A DNA stretch of 63,620 bases, counting the filler, from Choristocarpus tenellus KU-1152 (taxonomy: Eukaryota > Protista > Phaeophyceae), in the NCBI GenBank assembly GCA_964200185.2. It is 12 parts of 12 records of this genome, joined end to end, with 100 filler letters (N's around TTAATTAATTAA, not from the genome) between each part and the next. Parts side by side here need not be neighbours in the genome. Positions count along the whole stretch, not along the records: positions 60,015 to 63,620 come from CAXNAD020018993.1; 11 more parts are not named here. The stretch is one strand, 5' to 3'. Positions 60,719-63,620 of this stretch are shown one piece after another (position 1 is the stretch's first letter; the number at the start of each line of letters is the position of its first letter). Below the pieces are notes generated by a model. That model saw only the letters and a list, made by a program, of their open reading frames with translations, was not told the origin of the DNA and made no database searches. The position numbers were made by a program, and so were the translations under genes.

Positions 60719-61999
60719 CTGCAAAAAAAACTATGGACAGACACACAACAAAAAATAGTAAGAAAAAAAAAAGCAAGAATTATCTCTATGTATCCAATTC
60801 ACTCATTTACACAACAAATACATTTGGAATATTCACTTCATACACACTAAAGTGCAACATCATTTCTCACAACCCTCCCCTCTATCTGTGGATTCCAAAA
60901 CACTATTATTATTATTATTATTATTTTTCTACCTTCTAGAAAGAACACATAGACAATGTAATCAAGGATATAATATATATATGTCGACAGAGTACCCTAT
61001 GTGCATAATGAAAAGGTATACCTTGAACGCGACAACAACCCACCAATCCCCCGAATATGTTACTGACGGGTATTTCCATTTTTCTTATTTTCTGATTTTT
61101 ACTTCCATCATTGCAATGACGTTGTGTGATTCTTTTCCAAGACCTCCCAGGTTCAAACAAACCCAACACATGCCTTCCACTTTCAATCAAACCCAACACC
61201 CACCTTAAGCACCACAACTGATAAAAAAACAAAACAATTGGGACAGTCACTAGTACAAAGTCTTGTACCTCAGAAGCCTCACACTATCATCCTTTCATAC
61301 AACACCATCTCCACTCCTAAACTCCTCCTATTTTTCACTAACCCCCCCCCTCCGCCCCCACCACACCCAGGAAACTTCGAACGATGACATCAACGTGGCC
61401 ATAATCATGGGTTAGAACAACGAACAACACCCGCTACCACAGAAAAAGAACACATTCTGGACAAACCATCTCAACACTCCACAAAACAGATGGAGCATAG
61501 GTAGACGGGTCCCTCAAAAAGAGATACACCTCATACACCTCTGTACATACCTCACACGCCAGTCCCAACTACCAAGAAACCTTCTGTTCCAACAACACTT
61601 ACATTGATAGAGTCACCATTCACATCCCTCACCTCACCTCACCTCACCTCACCCCACCCATTGCCTACACAATCCTAAGACGAATATAGGACATATTCAA
61701 CCACTCATTGCCTTTCTCATCTGCCTTTCTCACATCTCAAGGACCAGTTCCTCATTCAGGGAACCAACAGTACAGTAATCGCCGCAGTCTCCCTAACCCT
61801 TGGTCATACTGTAATAATGTCATACTCTGTTGGTACACACCTGATAAAAACAAATTGCTCATATCATCAAAAATGAACACATCAGGGCTCACCCCTGTAC
61901 TGTACTTGTAGCACTACACCACCTCTACCCTCACAGAACAGTACTCCCATTAACATTAAAGCCACATCCCCTCCCCCCATTGCCCCACTCCCACTGTAC

Positions 62000-62078
62000 C
62001 TTAATGATGTCCTCGTCAGACATGTGGAGGCAGGTGTGATGACTCAGACGAATGTTTGCAACATAGAGCGGGATATAC
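62000..62078 (-). CDS. Probable upstream internal exon of the same minus-strand gene (YIPLYVANIRLSHHTCLHMSDEDIIK)
   Basis: T-tract plus TAG acceptor, open frame, AAG|GTACAG donor. An intervening exon is needed for phase but was not identified. Confidence 0.45.
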
Positions 62079-62091
62079 CTAAAAAAAAACA

Positions 62092-62296
62092 GTAATAATA
62101 ATAATAATAATAATAATGAAAATGTCATGAGGAGTGATGTCAAATAACCTTACAAATTGAAAGAAAGATACACTATTTCATGGCACTGTATCAAATAATA
62201 ATAATAATAATAATAATAATGAAAATGTCATGAGGAGTGATGTCAAATAGCCTTACAAATTGAAAGAAAGATACACTATTTCATGGCACTGTATAA

Positions 62297-62329
<33 letters not shown>
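62092..62329. repeat. Tandem duplication with period 103 bp, units separated by (AAT)n; degenerate third unit at about 62376-62425
   Basis: GAAAATGTCATGAGGAGTGATGTCAAATA.CCTTACAAATTGAAAGAAAGATACACTATTTCATGGCACTGTAT at 62118 and 62221. Confidence 0.92.
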
Positions 62330-63620
62330 TGCAACATTCAGCGGAATATAACTAACAAACTTAAAAAAAAGTCACGAGAATGCTAATAACCTATCAAAAG
62401 GACACACTTCCTCATGGCACTGTAAAATACTGCTGCTGCTACTACTACTACTACTACCACCAGTACCACTACCACTACTACTGGAACTGCTGAAAGATAA
62501 GCAAACATGGATTGACATACTAATGTTTGGAAAGAAACAAGGAATGGGAAATACACAACTCAACAGTACCTGCACAAGGGAGGGGAATAAGCTGTATGAC
62601 CACAGACATGTGTGCACATGAGAGTAGAATACATAGACTATACAACGAACACACTAACTGCAACGAATTGGACACCAGAGAGACGCAATACTCCAAGAAC
62701 ACTATTATTTTAATAACAGCACCAAAATTAGAATTAAAAAGAAAAAACTGCACTCACGTGTTTTGCGTCTGAGTCAGAAACATCTACTTCCTTCAATTCC
62801 CCCAATTGAAATGGTATCAAGCTCACAACCACTTCATACACGATTCCAGAGGAGATTTATTTTCCTTATTGTATATATATATTTATAACAAAGCGAAATC
62901 CCCCCAAAAAACAAAACTCTTATCTAAATGATAAAAAAAAGATACAGCTTTGATCACAGGCACCAAGACCTAAAACAAGCTCAACCTTACTAATTGATTT
63001 TCATTTTTATTTGGTGGTATAGATAGATAGCATGAGTAACAAAAAAAAAAATCAGAAGTCAAACTGATACAACAAATGTTAACTTCCAAGTTAGCAGTAG
63101 GCGAGTTAATTCTGAATTAGATGGCAGTCCGTTGGGCTATTTGGTTCTAGTTCAAAATTTGGAACAGAAAGGAGAACAGCGAGTTGAAAGGGTGGTGAGA
63201 TTGTCGAGTCTGTCTGTAAGGGGATGTCTGTACACAGCAATATATCAAGATGTCATATGCAACCTCGCATAATACAATACAATAAAATACAATAAATACA
63301 ATACAATACAACACCAGGTACTTGCAAATAATTTACCAACTACTAGGAAAATAATTGACATGGCAGGTCTACCAACAATAACTAGATAATGGAGTACTCC
63401 CGAGGACTTAACTTCTCCAGCACCACCAGGGTATACACCCTTCAATTACACAGGCACACATCATCAGAGGCAATTCCTATACTCTCTACCAGAGGTACAG
63501 GATATATATTCCAAGATGAAACATCTGCAAACATCAACTTACAGTCACTCGATCAACACCCACTAAAAAATACATACGGCATAAACACCAACAAGCTTAC
63601 ACACATAAATACCCCCCCAG

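Noticed and set aside
1-63620. Functional clustering of kinase, ACOX, UIM and PH genes
   Set aside because: They lie on different contigs joined artificially, so no linkage can be inferred.

Overview
Eukaryotic nuclear DNA, not a prokaryotic locus. The window is 12 short contigs joined by artificial 100-bp spacers (44 N + TTAATTAATTAA + 44 N), so adjacency across spacers means nothing. Intron-rich genes with bipartite signal+transit peptides (TSA-FAI, SQA-FLA) point to a photosynthetic stramenopile, probably a brown alga or relative (inference). Host genes that can be spliced together by hand: (1) two exons of a PKA/PKG-type kinase; (2) a complete head-to-head pair of plastid-targeted genes, one a 6-exon membrane-anchored protein of unknown function and one a 5-exon S1-domain protein; (3) three exons of peroxisomal acyl-CoA oxidase; (4) the last two exons of a UIM-containing protein; (5) PH-domain-like exons and a few orphan exons. 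The rest is mostly transposon debris: a decayed Ty3/Gypsy, an internally deleted Ty1/Copia, solo LTRs, an RTE LINE fragment, several CRE-like restriction-like-endonuclease (RLE) LINE fragments, three MITE families sharing one terminal motif with 4-bp TSDs, and a fold-back element. Most notable are a CRE-like LINE copy whose layout matches a twin-priming inversion, a conserved 3' stem-loop and apparent repeated use of one target site by that family, the shared-terminus (Sola-like) MITE set, and three apparent GC-AG introns. I found no tRNA, rRNA or CRISPR array, and no clearly new multi-gene system. All family assignments come from motif recognition, not database searches.
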